Source: a virus
Taxonomy: Duplodnaviria; Caudoviricetes
Length of the DNA: 29,165 nt
IMG/VR virus record: IMGVR_UViG_3300048851_000189
Span: 1 to 29,165 of that record
Strand: one strand, 5' to 3'
In this document: positions 26,856 through 29,165 of the stretch, piece after piece
Layout: the number at the start of each line of letters is the position of its first letter
How positions within the stretch are numbered: position 1 is the first letter of the stretch
Translations under genes and position numbers: made by a program
Notes under the pieces: generated by a model
What the model was told of the DNA's origin: nothing
Database searches by the model: none
What the model saw: only the letters and a program-made list of their open reading frames with translations

Positions 26856-27524
26856 GTGGCTGAACAACGACAGGCAAATTCGTCGATGCCAGAAAGCTTT
26901 CTATCGACTGTCGCTGCGGTGGCGGTCGTCGCTGCAATCTTCTTTCGATGGAAGCTCCTGAAGTCCCGAAAGTTGTGGGCTACTTTAGAAGGCCAGCTTT
27001 CCCTTGAGCGGCGGCGGGTGGTGGAACTCCAAGAGCAAATAGCCGACAAGGATAAGTCCGCAGAACGCAACCGGCAGAACAGCATTCGAAACCCGGAAAA
27101 CCAGCTTGCTGCAGTCATGGATCCAGACGTTGACTTTAATTCCCGACCCGTCATGAACGCGGGTGAGGTAAGAGTTTTCTACGCCGCACAAAAAGCGCTT
27201 AAGAAGAAAAACCTCACGGGCTGGCATGTCTTTCCACAGGTTAGTTTGGGTGAAGTGATCGACACCCACTCGTATAAGACTTGGCTTGGAGATCGCGCGC
27301 ACCAATCAATAAACAGCAAGCGCTGTGACATACTTATAGCTGACAATAAAGGTCGACCCTGGCTCGTGGTTGAGTATCAAGGTGGAGGTCACTATCAAGG
27401 CAATGCGGCACAAAGAGATGAAATAAAGCGCATCGCTGTGACACGCTCTAGAATAAAGTATTTAGAAATTCCTGATGGAGCCAGCGACGATTATATCGTC
27501 AGCAAGATCATCTCCGCATTTTAG
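26856..27524 (+). CDS. DUF2726-like protein with N-terminal TM helix and coiled coil
   Basis: VMNAGEVRVF, VFPQVSLGEVI, INSKRCDILI, VVEYQGGGH and RDEIKR. Low GC. Alternative start at ATG 26886. Confidence 0.85.
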   Translation: MAEQRQANSSMPESFLSTVAAVAVVAAIFFRWKLLKSRKLWATLEGQLSLERRRVVELQEQIADKDKSAERNRQNSIRNPENQLAAVMDPDVDFNSRPVMNAGEVRVFYAAQKALKKKNLTGWHVFPQVSLGEVIDTHSYKTWLGDRAHQSINSKRCDILIADNKGRPWLVVEYQGGGHYQGNAAQRDEIKRIAVTRSRIKYLEIPDGASDDYIVSKIISAF

Positions 27525-27539
27525 GACTAGCCATCACAA

Positions 27540-29165
27540 ATGGACAAACAATCTGGCTCTGGCTGGCGATGTTTGACGGGTTCCCGTTTTCTGGAAGGCG
27601 ATATCCCAGATCCGCTTGGGCATGGTGAACGCGCTGTGCGATTCGTTGAGAAGCTGCGGCATACCGAGGGGGCACTGGCCGGGCAGCCATTTCGCCTGCA
27701 TCCCTGGCAGGTGCGCATTGTACGGAAGGTCTTCGGTGACGTGCATGCGACCGGGCTGCGCAAGGTACGCACCGTTTTCATGCTGCTGCCCCGTGGTTCC
27801 GGCAAGACGACCCTGACCAGTGCCCTGGCCCTGCTCGGCCTGATGGGGCCGGAGCGGGACGCTGCCGGCCAGGTGATCAGCGCCGCGGCCGACCGGGAAC
27901 AGGCCAGCATCGCTTATAACGGCGCGGCGCGGATGATCCGGGCTGACCCACATCTGACCGGCGCCACCCGCATCGTGGATAGCCGGCGGATGATCGGCCA
28001 TCCGCGGTCCGACAGCACCTACCGGGCAATCAGCCATGAGGCCTACAGCAAGCACGGCTTGAGCGTTTCCATGCTGCTGGCGGATGAGGTGCATGCCTGG
28101 CCGACTCGGGAGCTATGGGAGGTGCTGGTCTCCTCCATGGGCAAGCGGCTTTGCCCGCTCTCCATCGTCACCACCACCGCCGGGCATGGGCGCGGCGATC
28201 TGGCCTGGGAACTATACGACTATGCGCTGAAGGTAGAGCGCGGCGAGGTGGAGGATGAGACCTTCCTGCCCGTGCTGTATCAGGCCCCGCACGACTGTGA
28301 CTGGCAGGACGAAGCCGTGTGGCAGGCGGTCAATCCGGCCCTGGAAGCGGGCTTCCGCAGCCTGGACGAGATGCGCATGACAGCACGCCGGGCGGCTGAG
28401 ATCCCTAGCCAGCGTGAGATGTTCAAGCGGCTTTATCTGAACATCTGGGGCGACAGCGCTGCGGTCACTTGGGTGGATATGGCTGTCTATGACCAGGGCG
28501 ACAGCCGGCCGGTGGAACTGTCCGAACTGGTGGGAAAGCCGGTCTATGTTGGCGTGGATCTGGCCAGCGTGTCGGACCTGGCCGCCGTCTATGCCGTGGC
28601 GGAGGACGGGCAGGGCGGCTGGCTGGTCTGGGGGCGGCAGTATTGCCCATCTGAGCAGTTCCGCCGGCGTGTCGCCGATAATCAGCCTTATGCATCCTTC
28701 GAGGCCTCCGACCGGCTGGTGGTGACCGAGGGGAACAGCATCGATCAGGATCGGATCCTGCGGGATCTGGTCGACCTGTGCAGCGAGCTATCTGTGCAGG
28801 AGATCGCGGTCGACCGTTGGGGCGCCCTGAATTTCCTCCAGCGGCTTCAGGAGCACCAGCTTCCGGTGGCGCAGTTCGGCCAGGGCTTCGCCTCCATGTC
28901 GGCACCCTGCAAGGAGATCGAGCGGGCGATCCTCGGGCGGCAGTTCCACGCCGGGCGAGACCCCGTGTTGCGCTGGAACCTGGCCAATGTCCGGGTGGAG
29001 CAGGACGCGGCCGGGAACATCAAGTTCAGTAAGGCGAAGGCGATGGGGAAGATCGATGGTGCCGCTGCGGTGGCGATGGCCATCGGCCGCGCTATGGCGA
29101 ACCAGTCCGGACCGATGATCTATCAAGTGGCAGGAGCGCGGCCGGAGGGGCTGCTGTTCGTCTAA
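27540..29165 (+). CDS. terL: Terminase large subunit
   Basis: LHPWQ, LPRGSGKTT (Walker A), LLADEVH (Walker B), VGVDLA, VDRWG and KIDGAAAVAMA. Confidence 0.95.
   Translation: MDKQSGSGWRCLTGSRFLEGDIPDPLGHGERAVRFVEKLRHTEGALAGQPFRLHPWQVRIVRKVFGDVHATGLRKVRTVFMLLPRGSGKTTLTSALALLGLMGPERDAAGQVISAAADREQASIAYNGAARMIRADPHLTGATRIVDSRRMIGHPRSDSTYRAISHEAYSKHGLSVSMLLADEVHAWPTRELWEVLVSSMGKRLCPLSIVTTTAGHGRGDLAWELYDYALKVERGEVEDETFLPVLYQAPHDCDWQDEAVWQAVNPALEAGFRSLDEMRMTARRAAEIPSQREMFKRLYLNIWGDSAAVTWVDMAVYDQGDSRPVELSELVGKPVYVGVDLASVSDLAAVYAVAEDGQGGWLVWGRQYCPSEQFRRRVADNQPYASFEASDRLVVTEGNSIDQDRILRDLVDLCSELSVQEIAVDRWGALNFLQRLQEHQLPVAQFGQGFASMSAPCKEIERAILGRQFHAGRDPVLRWNLANVRVEQDAAGNIKFSKAKAMGKIDGAAAVAMAIGRAMANQSGPMIYQVAGARPEGLLFV

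Larger units (their letters stand above)
11802..29165 (+). mobile_element. Integrated capsid-encoding phage satellite or tail-less prophage (cf-PICI-like); right end outside the window
   Basis: att, integrase, repressor, AlpA-like protein, primase/ATPase, portal, protease, capsid, HNH, TerS and TerL in about 17.4 kb. No tail or lysis genes in the window. Confidence 0.8.

Overview
This GC-rich window is probably alphaproteobacterial (inferred from gene content and the tRNA-Gly fragment) and consists entirely of accessory DNA in at least two layers. Right layer (11802 to beyond 29165): an integrated, tail-less, head-encoding element bounded by the 3' half of tRNA-Gly(GCC). Its gene order is tyrosine integrase, cargo (ParA-like ATPase; unknown ORF + XRE-HTH/ImmA-type metallopeptidase), XRE repressor, early genes, AlpA/Xis-like protein, Zn-finger/Toprim primase, P-loop ATPase, then HK97-type portal, protease, capsid, putative decoration protein, HNH, TerS, an inserted DUF2726-like gene and TerL. 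This matches a capsid-forming phage satellite (cf-PICI-like). It carries two mirror-image GGAACGCT repeat arrays about 8.4 kb apart, resembling a P4-type split origin, and its terL appears to have been split at codon 6 by the DUF2726-like cassette. Left layer (1-11460): decayed older elements. These include two terL remnants flanking a membrane protein and a secreted caspase-like protease, a sharp junction at about 4520, and a defence-like operon (truncated acidic-tailed ORF, MBL hydrolase, PLD-SNF2 helicase with a shortened motif VI, degenerate-PLD/coiled-coil protein) ending near a degenerate tRNA-Ser 3' fragment. No CRISPR array, rRNA or intact tRNA was seen. All family assignments come from motif recognition by eye; no searches were run.
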